From: Botryllus schlosseri
Lineage: Eukaryota
Direction: 5' to 3'
Length of the DNA stretch: 64,000 nucleotides
Assembly (NCBI GenBank): GCA_051294905.1
Contig: CM119378.1
Location: 27,652,001 to 27,716,000 of the forward strand
Shown: piece by piece, positions 40,752-53,720 of the stretch
How positions within the stretch are numbered: the stretch's first letter is position 1
Layout of the letters: each line of letters opens with the position of its first letter
Notes under the pieces: generated by a model
What the model was told of the DNA's origin: nothing
What the model saw: only the letters and a program-made list of their open reading frames with translations
The model's database searches: none
Program-made: the position numbers and the translations under genes

Positions 40752-42420
40752 CAGTGGTTCTCAACCTTTTTGGCTTCGCGGACCCCTTTTGACCGTCACG
40801 GACTCTCGCGGACCCCCTAAAGTTTTTGTTCAATTTTAGCTCTATTATGGTGCAACCTTCATATCTGTCTTGTGCAAATATGAACTGTAGGCTTGTGATG
40901 AATAGCAAAATAATGATTTTTCATGCAAATAACATCTTACTATTTATGTAGAAATTGGTAGACTTCTATAATTTCAAAGCTAATTTTGCTGCTGTATTTC
41001 TTGAAGTAGGTGGTCGTGTCTTGAAAATCCGCGTCTTCATTTTGATATGAACGAAGAGTGCCGAAAACCATTTCCGCAAAGATAGATGGGGGCTAATGCA
41101 ATATTAACGCATAACGCTTCGACGATACTTTTGGTGCGATCGCAACATTTATGGCACCAAAATGAAGAAACATATATTTTATAAACATATCACGTCCAGC
41201 ATCTAGCGCAGGGACGGGCAACAGGCCACGGGCCGGATTCGGCCCGCGACGGCATTTTGCTCGTCCCGTAGAGAGTTTCCGAGGTCAAGGTAAAATCCTA
41301 ATCTAAAAGTATAGACAAATTTTATGCGCCAAAGAATGGATCCAAGTTTTCCAACCTGAGAAAGACTGTCATGAAACTACTTGTTTTGTTCGGTTTTACA
41401 TATATATTTACGAGCAAACATTTTCGACCATGAACAATTAAACATTAACAAGACAATCATCATCATCATTGGTTTATTAGCAATTTTATCAGTTCAATAC
41501 ACCACAAAAAATGCGATACAATGAAAAGACAGGAAGATGTCGAAGCGACAAGGAGTAGTCTATGGAATCTGACACCCACCTTGGCCTAGGCGATGTAAAG
41601 AGGAGGCATGCACACTGAATGAAAGTAAAGAAGATAGTATAGAAAAAGGCTGCTGCATACCAATATAACTGGTGATATGAATCTCAGGGTTGGAGCGTAA
41701 TGCTTTGATAGTAACGAAACACTCCTTGTTCATCAAAAAACCAGCCTTGTCGACAGGCGATCCGCAATCAGAAGGCGTCAAATCTGATAGCCGAGCTTTA
41801 GGAGCATGTTTATCATTGTCCGATTTATGACGGGTTTCAGCCAAAAATATTCGGGTTCATTTCAATATGAATAATGAATATACTATTCAATTGTATATTG
41901 AAATTCTGTGCCTCCAAGAAGCTGTTCAAATAATGGTTATGTATATCACAGGATAAAATGGATTTTGGGGCGAGGTTTCAATCCCTGCATTGGGACAAAT
42001 TAGGGAAATAATCCGGAACTTTTTATTTCAAACGACTGCTGTTCACTAATTTGATGAGACTGACAACTTCAAATCGAGAAGGTTTCGCAGACATTACGAA
42101 GTCACCCTGATTGACGTTACTATCTCCATATTTTTACTTTTTCCACAAACCCCAGCAAAACGTCTCTAAACAGCAATATGTTTGTATCAGCAGGTTAATG
42201 GAAAATTGGCAATGAAAATGAATTTCCATACCACGATAGTTCATGTCAGGCGATTATTACGATGATATGAGTCATGAGGTTTTAGCAGTTGTTGTGCGAA
42301 ACTGCCTCATGCTTTCTCAAATAATAAAAAATGAAAATTAGAATATCAACCATACTAAAAATTTGGAGGTCTCGCGGACCCCCTGAAATTGCTTCGCGGA
42401 CCCCCGGTTGAGAACCACTG
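40752..42420. mobile_element. Non-autonomous hAT-Charlie-like element with nested inserts (LINE tail 41457-41648; partial PLE hammerhead 41828-41872)
   Basis: TIR CAGTGGTTCTCAACC/GGTTGAGAACCACTG; flanks CTGTAAAG/CTGTAGAG (7/8 match); CGCGGACCCC subterminal motifs. Confidence 0.8.
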
Positions 42421-44069
42421 CTGTAGAGGAATTGCTGATTCGATGCGCGCTTTCTCGTATGCTACCATCTGTAGGCTACTAATTCTTGTCTGATTCATAC
42501 ACTCGATGTCACTTCTCAGCGTTTGATATGTTATTAATACTGTACATTGTGCACTGTGCGGCGCATGGCGTTGAATTATGTTGTCAAATGTTAATGCAAC
42601 GCGAGATTCTCGGTGGCGCGAATTCTGAATTTATTCGATTACTTTGAACGAGAACCTTCTGTTCCAACAACTTCATTGCTGGACGGACTCTTTCGGGCGC
42701 AACCACGTCGCGGATGGAATTTCGAACCATCGGGATTTGTGTTTCTATTGATAGGGTCGCGGCGGCATACGCCCATATTGCTCTGGCTGCAATAACATCT
42801 GGATAATTAAAATCGCACCATTTCACGATCAAATTCGACTGTCTGATGGGGACCTATACGTAGGGCGGTGGCCCCGGGCTGATGTTAACCAGCGCGTTGT
42901 TGGTATTGAAACCCCAGGTGCGTAGCCAGGAAGTTTCTCATTCAAAACTAGAAATCCCGTCCGTTTGAAATGCCAATTCACTAATGCGTATTATCGATGC
43001 AGCGTGCTGTAAATTATCGAGGATAAGTTGTATGCGAAATGGGTCTCATTGATATCTGATGTGCGCTATCGTCGTTCGTTTGATTCAGCGCGTCCGCATG
43101 CAGGCCTGCACGCTATAATCTCTGGCATAAACTATGACGCGCGCCAGGCTAGGCCTGATATCGGTACCAGCCTGAACTATCGAGTCTACAGCAGGACTGG
43201 CGCATGAGATAGCTTTTCTGGCCTAAACTATAGCGTCTGCTACAGGCTTCGCATGATTTGCCCTCTATCTCTACTTGTGCGATTGTTATATCATACTGAC
43301 AGCGTGAAATTGAATAACATTGAATCTGCGAATTTGACCACGATCAGACTGGAACGGACGTATTGATTAGCGCTAATAATCTACTAAAAAAACATCAGAA
43401 GATGTGTGTTAAGTCCGAGTTACCAAAAGATACGAGAGGCCTGAATCACCTGGAATCAGTGTCATTGCAGAACAGATTCCATCGCAGACGTCAATCGTAT
43501 TAATTTGTGAAATAGTTCGTCTTCATCGAGGTTGCGTATTCAATTGCTCGCGCGTGTATTGGTGAATAGCGAATAGTTGATATTGAAGCGAGATCGAGGA
43601 ATAGCTAATAATTAACCGCCGGACTCGCTGGCAAGTTTACGCGCGCTTGTACGCGTATATTCGTCAACACGATGAAGCTGGTCCTATCCATGTACTATGG
43701 GCATTTACGCATGTACTTAACCGTAATAAATTGACGTTAAGTCGGTAAATTTGAAACAATTTCAGCTCCTCTTTTTTATTCAAACTCATCTCTTTTTCAT
43801 CTTGCCACCCCATGTAAAAATAAAAGTCGGCGCCTATGGGCCTGGATACCATAGTTATGCAATGTATTCAAACTTGTAACTACTATTTAATGGGTGCCAC
43901 CGGCTGAAACATACTTTTCTTGTCGGAATTATGTCTTTTTAGACGGAAACTGGGTCACAAATAGATCATTCCAGACGATATTTATTCCCTATACCGCTAG
44001 TTTATGAAGTATGAGCTATTGGTCAAATCGGAATTGTTCAGGTCGTCATAAAGTCACTAATTTCAGTAC

Positions 44070-46593
44070 GAAACATTTCCGGACTTTACACTGAACCAAC
44101 AAACCCGATATCTACGGTGACCACAACCATATTGGTTTTCTATCACAAGAACAACAAAGGACACCCCCCGAAACATATCACCTCTGCAGACGACGAGAGT
44201 TAGTGGACGAAGAAGCGCTCGATGATGCCGCATTCAATCAATTTAAAACATCAGCCATCCCCCACATCTCGGTAAACAACTTTGACGAAAAATTTGTAGA
44301 GTTTATGTCTGCTATCAAATCACTGCTGGAACAATTTGCACCTCTACAGCGCCTTTCGAGAAGTCAAAGAAAATTGAAGCGAAATCCGTGGATGACCACA
44401 AAGCTGATTCAACTCATTCGTAAACGTAACCGGTGGCATAACCGAATAGACACCAAGAACTGCCCAGAACATGAACGAGAAAGATTTCGACGTTTCAGGA
44501 ATCGCACCGTGCATCTCATTTCCAAGGCAAAAGCAAAGTACAATGAGAGATTTTTCAACAGACACATAAAGGACACTCGAAAAACATGGTCAGGACTTAA
44601 CTCTCTCCTACATCGAAAAAAAGGCCATAAGTTGTGAATTCGGATACCGGAAACAAACTTTCAGACCCGGCGGCCATCGCGAATCACTTCAATGAATATT
44701 TTTGTAACGTAGGCCCAAATATTGCTTCTTCTATTACAAAACCTGTGTCGGCCAGGTCAGAGGTGAGATCGATATCCCAGTCAATTGTGCTTGAACCTAC
44801 GACCAAATACGAAGTAGAAGTAGCCATCCACAAACTGAAATCGCACAAGGCCGACGGCTATGACCAAATCCCATCATGGTTTTTAAAAATGATAAGCCTG
44901 CATATCGGTCAATATATGGCCCATTTTTTCAACTTCATGATAGAAAATGGAGTCTACCCAAGCTATCTAAAAAAAGCCAGAGTAGTCCCTGTACACAAAG
45001 CTGGGGATAGAACTAATGTCACCAACTACCGTCCGATATCCGTTCTCCCATGCATCGGGATTGTATTCGAAAAGTTGCTCCTCTCCCGCCTGTCCTCATT
45101 CCTCGCCAAAATGTCTGTCATTTCCCCTCAACAATTTGGCTTCCGAAACAAACACCAAACCGCTCATGCCCTCCTAACAGTGGCCGAACAGTACTATGAT
45201 ATCTCAGAGAAGCGAAATGTGGGATGTAGCATTTTTCTCGACCTACAAAAAGCGTTTGACTGCGTAGATCATAAAATTCTCATCTCGAAATTGGCGCGTT
45301 ACGGACTTCGGGGCCCACAACTTGAGCTCATGAAAAGTTACCTCACTGGACGCCAACAAATGGTTGCGATCTCAGACACCTTGTCCTCTCCTCACCCGGT
45401 GACCTGTGGTGTGCCCCAGGGCTCAGTACTTGGACCGGTCCTTTTCACCTTATATGTCAACGACATTTTTGAAACCTCCTCATTGAACACCACACTGTTC
45501 GCTGATGATACTCACCTCCTCTCTTCCGCATCTTCGACGGCAGAGCTGGATGCCCTGACTGGTGACCAAATGCCCAAAGTCCATGAGTGGACGGCCCAGA
45601 ACAACCTTTGCATAAACGCCTCGAAATCGCAATTGCTGACAGTCAATTCAAAAAATAACCTAACCGTTAATATCGCTGGTCAGCCCGTTTCCAACACAGA
45701 TAATGCCAAATATCTCAGAGTTTTACTGGACTCGAACATGTCCTGGAAGAGTCATATTCAGTCCCTAGAAACTAAATTATCACCGAAGTGCGGCCTGTTC
45801 TACAGCCTTGGGCGCTTCATGCCAGCATGGGTTCTCCTGATACTCTTTAAATCCTTAATCCAATCGAAGTTACATTATGGCATCCTCTGTTGGGGGGCTG
45901 CCAGTAAAACTGCACTCAAGCCACTGCAGAAACTACAGCATAAAGTGCTCCGAATCATAGCTAGGGCCCCAAAGGGGCCTGGCTGCCCATCCAATAAGTC
46001 GCTGCTGAAGAGATTCGGCGTCCTAAACATAGAAGATATGCGGAAACTAGAAATTGCCAAGTTTATGTATTAGTTTCACTGCGGTCGTTGCCCCGAATAT
46101 TTCAATGACTTCTTTACCTCTGAATCAAAAGCGCACAAGTACAACACACGCTCGTCCACGTCGTCCAAATATCATATGATCGACCGAAAAGATCATCGCT
46201 CCATCAAATATGCCGGACCTGATGTGTGGAACAGTATCCCGCCGGCCATCCGACAGTCGACGAGCATGTCCACATTCAAGTCGAAATACAAGCAATTACT
46301 ACTAAATAAATACAGTCCATCCTCAAGATTACCGGACCACGACTGACCTATTGATCTCGCTTCCCATGACATGCCGCCCTATTTCTTGTCGCTTTCTTTT
46401 TCTATACTGTATTCTTTACTTTCATTCAGTGTGCATGCCTCCTCTTTACTACGCCTAGGCCAAGGTGGGTGTCCGATTCCATTGACAAATCCAAGTCGCT
46501 TCGACATCTTCCTGTCTATTCATTGTATCGCATTTTTTGTGGTGTATTGAACTGATAAAATTGCTAATAAACCAATGATGATGATGATGATGA
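44070..46593 (+). mobile_element. 5'-truncated CR1/L2-group LINE; RT ORF2 broken by a frameshift (~44635) and a premature stop (46071)
   Basis: NYRPISVL, QQFGFR, FLDLQKAFD, GVPQGSVLGP, LFADD, KYL and YGILCWG motifs. The ORF continues past the TAG to about 46346; 3' UTR ends in (ATG)n. Confidence 0.92.
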
Positions 46594-47149
46594 GTGCTGT
46601 CGAAAATGTCAGATTAATGACGACGCATTGTTGCAGTAATTTAGACTCCACATCATCATCTACTGGTGAAGCGCCGTTCTATGAAGGAATTCCAGATAGT
46701 CAAAGTGGAAGTTCTCACTCGCCCAGGCATCTGTTGAGACTGGGTTTTCACATTCGAATTGTGTCATATGGAGTACGACTGACTTACAAATACACCAAGT
46801 TAAAATATTTTTATTTCATGCACGGCTGCAAAGGGGCTTCGAACCGAAAGTGCTGCCTCATCATATATTTATAAGTGTCACCAATTAAGTCGAAAACATT
46901 TTCGATACAGAACCCAAAAATCTGCGGCTCAAGCGGGAAAGGTAGTCTAGTGGTGAAAGTAGGCACCATCCAAGCAGGCGGCCCGGGCTAGATTCCCACC
47001 GTCGGAGGTTGTTCCGGGCTCCTGGTCCCCCATGTCGTTGTTCTTACGGCGACAAAAAAAGTCTCGAAAAAAGGCCCGATGAAGAAAGAAAAAGAACAAG
47101 AAATAGCTTCCAAAAATATTGACGAGGAAGGAATAAAATCGAAGAAGAC

Positions 47150-47228
47150 CATGACATCGGGCACTAGGTAGAAGTGGATGCCAGTTGAAGAGACTCCAAC
47201 TGGTTGGTCGTTCGGCATCCCCCTATCG
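47150..47228 (+). repeat. Retroposon 3'-tail-like repeat also present inverted at ~56945-57020
   Basis: GGCACTAGGT..GTGGATGCCAGTT..AGAGAC..AACTGGTTGGTCGTTCGGC..CCCCTATC is shared between the two sites. Confidence 0.65.
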
Positions 47229-48893
47229 TCATCCGCACTGCATTTTTTCACTCGCACAAGTGCGAACCGTCAAGCAAGCTGAAGAGCACTGCCATAGTTC
47301 GTTATAGTCATCACCCCGCATATCGGTGGTAAAATGGAGATGATGAATACGCACGTAATTCCACTCAAACGGAACTGAAAACCAATATACACTAGCATAC
47401 AAACAGTTTTATTGAACAAAAATTACAAACAAAATAGATTTCCACGACTCTGTTTTGTAGCTATAAATTCAATCGTTTGCTAGAACTGATTTTAATTACC
47501 ACTCGTTGCAATATGTACGCTAGCACATGTACCAATATCGTGGTCATATCTTTATTGCACTCAATCCGCATTGCACGAATCCATTCATGAAATTTTACAT
47601 GTTATTGCGATATTCTGATAACGGGTACCGGTGATTGACAAACGAAAAGTTTGCGACGCCATATCCCAACATAATAGTACAACTTAACTAATTGTGTAGG
47701 CTACTTCTCAAACCAGCGATAATTTTCCTTACACTTAAAAGCGGTTTTGCGTGCCTCGAAAACCACTACATGTAGGCCTACCTGTATTGAGTATAAATGT
47801 ACGGCATTATTTGTAGTTGTATGGGTACCAATAATGGCTACATAATTACCCACCTATTACAAGGCTACTCGATATCTATGATAAGCTGTAGGCTATATCG
47901 TCGCTGAAAAAACATCGTGATATGTTAATTTTTGAAAATTTCGACTTTGACCATATAATTTAGACATAAACCAGTTTTGTTTTCCATTTACCTTGAAAAT
48001 TCAAATTCAAATGTCCACTTCCTTAGAGATTCATGATACTTAAAACTTTGAAGCCCGGTTAAAAAGAAAGATGTTTGTCCAAATAGCGATTGCGAAAATA
48101 ACACAGTTTTGTTTTCCAGCGACGATATAGTCAAGTTCACGGAGAATCCGTCACGTTCTACTTCTATCTATCTGAAATGTGGTACATATTACATAGCCTA
48201 TTATACAGTATAGATATTGCACTTTGAATAGGGCAACAGAATACAATAATACACGACACGAAATATCCCAGTAGCCTATATGTGAAGAGTATCGACGGGC
48301 TGGAATATTCTCGATGAAGATAAGTTATGACAGATCACTATATAAGACCAGTAGGTAGGTACATCACTTGCTTCGACTTTAAAATCATCAGATAGAGATA
48401 AAGATAGGTACAGAACATAGATATTTAACACGATATATAAAAGTCATCTATCAATCTCAAAATTCAAGTGTTTAATGATACTCTCTTTAAAATTAAATTA
48501 AAATCATTTCGATTCTTTCATATCAAAGTCAAGAAATATAAACTAAAAATTTTAGCAATGGTGGTCAGTAACGAACTAGGCCTACTTCAATTTTCCGAAG
48601 TACTTCAAGTAGATTTGCCTACTCGTACTACTTACTCAACTGGTTAATATTTTAGACTACTTCAACTTGTCAGTTTTCATTTTTTACGTAAAACCAAGTC
48701 TAGAATGCTACTTTTACTCGACTAGAAATTTAAGGCGCTACTTCTACTTCTACTCGAGTAGCGACGATGACTACTTTGACCACATATCAGTATTAGTATT
48801 GATAACGACCCTCGGGAATCTCACCATGCAGTATCTTATCTTTGTCTGTGAATATCCTACCCTAGTAGGTAGGGATAGAGCATAGGCATACCG

Positions 48894-49745
48894 CTAAGAT
48901 TTTTCGTAATATTTTCGAAAATGAATTCTATCGGACGTCTCAGCTGCATGCTGTACTGCGTGCGCCTCCGAAACATCAAAACTAGACGTCCAAAATGGGT
49001 CGTCGTAATTTCTGTCCATCGGACATTTCTTGTCTCGGTCTCCAGGAGGATAGTAATGTTTTGGAGCGTCGTGCTCCAATTCGTTATGCTTATCGCAATA
49101 GAAGGGTGAAATCATCCCGTACACGTTAAGATCTTGACGGCATATTTCATTTGCTATTACGAAAGTTAAGAAAGCTACACTTTTGCGTTTAACAGCACTA
49201 TGATCGTGTTTTGAAATTAATTGATCACTGTGACGTAAAATCATGTCGTTTCCGTACAACAAGCTGATTGCAGTCTCTCCGACTCGTTGCAAACGTGTTT
49301 TGCTTTGTACAGATTGGGACTTGCTCCACTCTTGATAGTAAATGATCATAAACTGCGGGTCAGGTTCGCCTTTGGGAAATGACCGTATCAAAGCGTCCAC
49401 TTTGATGCCGTCCACGATCCTCAGCGTTGTCTTTGCGCCGACATCGTCCTCGAAACCTTTCGTAGGGCCGTTGTTGATTCGTATCACACAATCGGCCTCA
49501 TCAATTTCTGTACCGGCATACGAACCGATGATATCACCCGAGTTAGTTACCAGCGAACACGTACCACACCTTGCTCGCAGATCGCTCCATACCTCTTCTT
49601 GTGTAGCTCTTTTCGGTTCAACCTGACTTTTCCAGCCAGTGATTATTGCTACGCATATCACAGTACCACACGTCCAAACAGCAAGCAACACGACCATGTA
49701 CCGGATACGTACGAACCTGCATCCTACATTCTCAACTGTGTTCAT
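48894..49745 (-). CDS. Intronless GT29 sialyltransferase-like protein (ST6GalNAc III-VI-like), 283 aa
   Basis: N-terminal TM helix; sialylmotif L CGTCSLVTNSG..GTEIDEADCVIRINNGPTKGFEDDVGAKTTLRIV; S-like FVIANEIC..NVYG; motif III KHYY; VS region divergent. Confidence 0.85.
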   Translation of the reverse strand: MNTVENVGCRFVRIRYMVVLLAVWTCGTVICVAIITGWKSQVEPKRATQEEVWSDLRARCGTCSLVTNSGDIIGSYAGTEIDEADCVIRINNGPTKGFEDDVGAKTTLRIVDGIKVDALIRSFPKGEPDPQFMIIYYQEWSKSQSVQSKTRLQRVGETAISLLYGNDMILRHSDQLISKHDHSAVKRKSVAFLTFVIANEICRQDLNVYGMISPFYCDKHNELEHDAPKHYYPPGDRDKKCPMDRNYDDPFWTSSFDVSEAHAVQHAAETSDRIHFRKYYEKS

Positions 49746-50869
49746 ATTTGCTGGTTCCGTGAATCATAACGCTCTGTGCATCATATAGAAGACGCATTAA
49801 TGCTACGTATAATGCATAATCGTTACTGTGCGCGCGGCGCTCAGATCATGCTGTGTGTCATTTCCGGTGAGAGTGTCGTTGCCAAGAAACTATATTATAT
49901 GTCAGTGGTTCTTAAACTAATAACCCGCGGAACACTACGTTGATCGTCAAGCCTCTCGCTGAGCCATAAAAGCAAAAATTTACCGCAATACACATCTAAC
50001 TAGGCAATACAACTAATACATATTGCATTACTAAGCCACGAAAATTACCGAGACTTTTTTAATCTAATGGCCAGTACCGATGTTTCTTTCAAAAGTGCGA
50101 TATCGAGTCGGTTGAGCTTCATCAATCTTAACCAATGATAATAAGTAATATCGAATGAAAGCGACATTGCTGACATATGATATCAGGGGTGACGGCCAAC
50201 CCCTGGCCCGCGGTAATTTTCGAAATTAGTTATATTATGAAAAATTGAATTGCCTACGTATAGTTTAATATGAACTTGTAAGACCGACCAAAAATTTGAA
50301 CAGGCTGACAGTAAAATTTGGTATGCTGATCACTAAATTGCAAGTTTTGACGCATTGGCTTATACGGGGCAGCATGAGGGGCCATTCCCTCACATTTTCG
50401 TAAATCCTTGTAAATAAACACGAAGAGCATTTTGCGGCAGATTGATTTCACGTGACTTCTTTTCGAGCTGCGCGCGATTAGTGCCTCTGGATTTTTTAAA
50501 TATTAACAACCCCCAACAAATAAGTAATTGAGTCAAACTGTATTTGCAAGAACAAAATATTCACTTGCGACCATTGGGATACTCTTCCGCAGAGTAGTAA
50601 TAATGACTCGACTCGTTTTCTAAAATATGGAAATGAGTGGACTCGACTTGAGGCAATTTAAGTATTGACTCGAATTTTACTCGAGTCATTGTGCATATGT
50701 CATGTGACTTAAGAAGCAGATGGTCAAGACAGGCATTTCGTTGTAACTTCGAAAAATAGTATGGTAGCCTATACCCCATGATTGGCATTTCGTCTATCAG
50801 CATTACTGTTCGTAAAATAGGGTCAGAAACTATCTAAAGGGAAGAAAATGAGTGTATTATAAATGCGAG

Positions 50870-51290
50870 GTATCCAATATCACCTAAGCACCCTTAACTC
50901 ATCCGCTCAAGATTGATGCGGAACAATCAAATGCCATAAATTCTGCAATTGGCAAACACTTGTTGGATAATCCCGACTGTGCGAAAAATTATCGAGACGA
51001 CAGATTTCGCAGCATACTCGGAAAGGGTCGCTCACACTTTCATTTGTGTGCCTTGGAGTCGACTTTTATCAAAATACACCAGCCAAGGCTGTGTCAACAA
51101 AAAGAGTTCGTATCATCTAAAAAATAGTACATTGAGCGCTCTCGTATTCGACATTTCGTGCTGGTGACGTCATATTTTGTGTTACGATTGTTGATATCGT
51201 TGTTCTTTTGAATTCTCTACTAGTTGCTGACGATTACCCCTGACGAGTGTCAGCCGAAAATATTCGGGTTCATTTCAATATGAATATGTT
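50870..51290 (+). mobile_element. Penelope-like element 3' end/pLTR
   Basis: Frameshifted GIY-YIG C-terminus SAIGKHLLDNPDCAKNY..F..ILGKGRSHFHLCALESTFIKIHQPRLCQQKEFV, followed by a hammerhead motif. Confidence 0.85.
51226..51269 (+). ncRNA. PLE-associated type I minimal hammerhead ribozyme
   Basis: GCTGAC-gatt-ACCC-CTGACGA-G-t-GTCAGC-C-GAAA-ATA-TTC-GGGT. Intact core, 4-bp stem I, 6-bp pseudoknot, palindrome AAUAUU. Predicted cut after C51265. Confidence 0.85.
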
Positions 51291-51766
51291 ATGCAATTCT
51301 AAGCAGAGTTGTAAAAAAGTGAGTTGAACAGGATTGAACTCGAAAATGAAAGGTAAAAACGACTTGGAGGCGAGTCTCAACACTGTGACTCAGACTCAAA
51401 CCTTTGCTTCCACACTTAAACTAGGAGTTGACTCGATGGGGTGAAGTGAAAATTACTCGACTTAACTCGAATCAAAATTATGAAAGTATAATTGACTTGT
51501 GACTTGGTTACAACCCTGCATACTTCAGTCTGGTGATGTGCAGCCCGCGGCTGAATATTCTGGTCATTGTAATCTGAGCTCCATGCAGTATAGGAAAGTC
51601 CGATATTATTGACCGAATTCATTCGTTAATTTTGAAATATTTTCGCGCATCGCACGGCTGGATGCTAACGCACAGTTTGCACACTAATTCTTCGTGACAA
51701 TAATGTCAGCGATTTTGGTGCTTAGTAAGTCTTGCGGTTACCGTCAGCTCAATCTAGGGTTATCAT

Positions 51767-52117
51767 TAGGGCAAGTTTTTGTTGCAGTTAAATTCGTGGA
51801 AAGTTGCATTTATTATTGACAAAAGTTGCATTTTATTTTCTCGCAAAAGTTGCACTAAAAGACCACATTTTGCTTTCGGTTGACTAAAAAAAAGGTCAAC
51901 TTACCGACTCAGCTCCCGAAATACCTGTAAGAGCGTTGCTTCAGTGATGATTTAGAGTATTTCAGTCGAACTTGGCCATATATTCCACCAAAATGAAAAA
52001 TAATTTTATGAAAAATCGAAAAAGTTGCACTTATTCCTTCAAACAGCATTCTACATATCTTACGAGTATCTAGGAAGCTGGAGGAAGCTGTAAAAAAAGT
52101 TGCAAAAACTTGCCCTA
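51767..52117. mobile_element. hAT MITE inserted into the terminus of a TAGGGTTA(C/T)CAT-family element
   Basis: TIR TAGGGCAAGTTTTTG/CAAAAACTTGCCCTA; perfect TSD GTTATCAT. Confidence 0.85.
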
Positions 52118-52984
52118 GTTATCATACGTCCTCCTTGAGGAGGATTTGTCCTCTTTTTTCAGCAAATCGAAAATGTCCTCCTTTACAGCTTTGGCAGCTA
52201 GGCTAATGGACAGGATCAACTAAAAATCGTCATAAATTGATGCGAAATAGGCAATGCGGACATTTGGGAGTCGGGTCGGAGTAAGAACTTTTTTTCAACA
52301 CAGGATTTCCTGCAAGTATTTCAAAATCAGCTGTTTTCAATTTCGGTAAGCTATATCTTGTTTATCTACCCACAAAACCGAAAGATGACCGTAGGCCAGA
52401 AAGGTCGGTCAACTCTGACATACATCGTCCACAATATATCAGGCAGCAAATCTTAACTGATTTATTTCGTATGAGTCGACAGGTAAACACTGAACAAATT
52501 GAAAATAGTCTTCAGGCACGCAGCTTCCGAAAATATGGCTATTAGGTAAGTATTAATGTCATTATATAGAAATGATGTACAGGATAGTCAACACTGAGCA
52601 ATGGCAACTTGTAATAAATAATAAAAATAATCTCCGGCAAGCAGTATCATCTTCTAGATTCCGTCATTTCAGTTGGTTGGCATCTGAAATAGAAGCGTAT
52701 GTCTCTATAACCTAAATAAGGATGAAAAACAGCTGTTAGTCGCAAAAATCTCTCACACATATCAGCAGAGATGGTCAAAGTAGTAGAGAAGGCTACTCAA
52801 GTAGAAGTAGCAGCAGGGCAGAATTCTGCACAAGTACGAATGGAAGTAATGCTTGCGAAACAGGCCAAAACTACAAGTAGAAATGGAATTTGCAGTCTTT
52901 GAAAACTGCTCAAGTAAGTAAGTAGTTTTGTAAAGTAATCATAAACACAGTTGGACAACTACAAAATGTTCAGCTTTTATAAAT

Positions 52985-53720
52985 TAGATTATAATTAAAA
53001 TACCAGCTGCTCAATTTTTTCCCAATTATATTAGAATTATAGCTACAGTCTCTTTTTCAAATTACATTAGAATTAGAATGATAACTAGTTTTTTTTCTCA
53101 AATTCGATTACAATTGGAATTACATCTACATAGCTCATCCCAAATTACATTAGAATCAGAATTATAGCTGCTCTGTTTTTTTCGAAATTACATGAGAATT
53201 AGAATTATAGCTGCTCAGTTTTTTCCAAATTAGATTAGAATTAGAATGATAACTAGTTTTTTATCAAATTCGATTAGAATTGGTATTACATCTACATAGC
53301 TCGTTCCAAATTGGATTAGAATCAGAATTATAGCTGCTGTTTTTTTTCAAGTTAGATCAGAATTAGAATGATAGCTAGTTTTTTTTTCAAATTCGATTAC
53401 AATTTGAATTACATCTACATAGCTCGTTCCAAATTAGATTAGAATTAGGATTATAGCTACAGTCTCTTTTTTACATACATTAGATTAAAATTAGAATTAT
53501 AGCTGCTCCGTTTTATTCCAAATTAGATTCGAATTAGGATTATAGCCACAGTCTCTTTTTTATATTAGATTAAAATTAGAATTATACTTGCTCAGTTTTT
53601 TTTAATAAAATTAGATTAGAATTAGAATGATAGCTACAGTTTGTTTTTCAAATTCGATTGCAATTGGAATTATATCTACATAGCTTTTTCCAAATTTGAT
53701 TGGAATTAGAACTTTAAATT
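52985..53720. repeat. Degenerate array of ATTAGA/ATTAGAATTATAGCT units
   Basis: Recurrent AATTAGAATTATAGCT and CAAATTCGATTACAATTGGAATTACATCTACATAGCT blocks; related inverted tracts near 18740-19095, 62060-62320 and 62640-62750. Confidence 0.75.

Noticed and set aside
46586-46615. Hammerhead-like ATGATGAGTGCTGTCGAAAATGTC
   Set aside because: It lacks C3 and stem I; it arises from the LINE (ATG)n tail abutting the flank.
46988-47257. 89-aa hydrophobic minus-strand ORF
   Set aside because: It overlaps a dispersed retroposon tail and is the antisense of an A-rich tract; no homology recognised.
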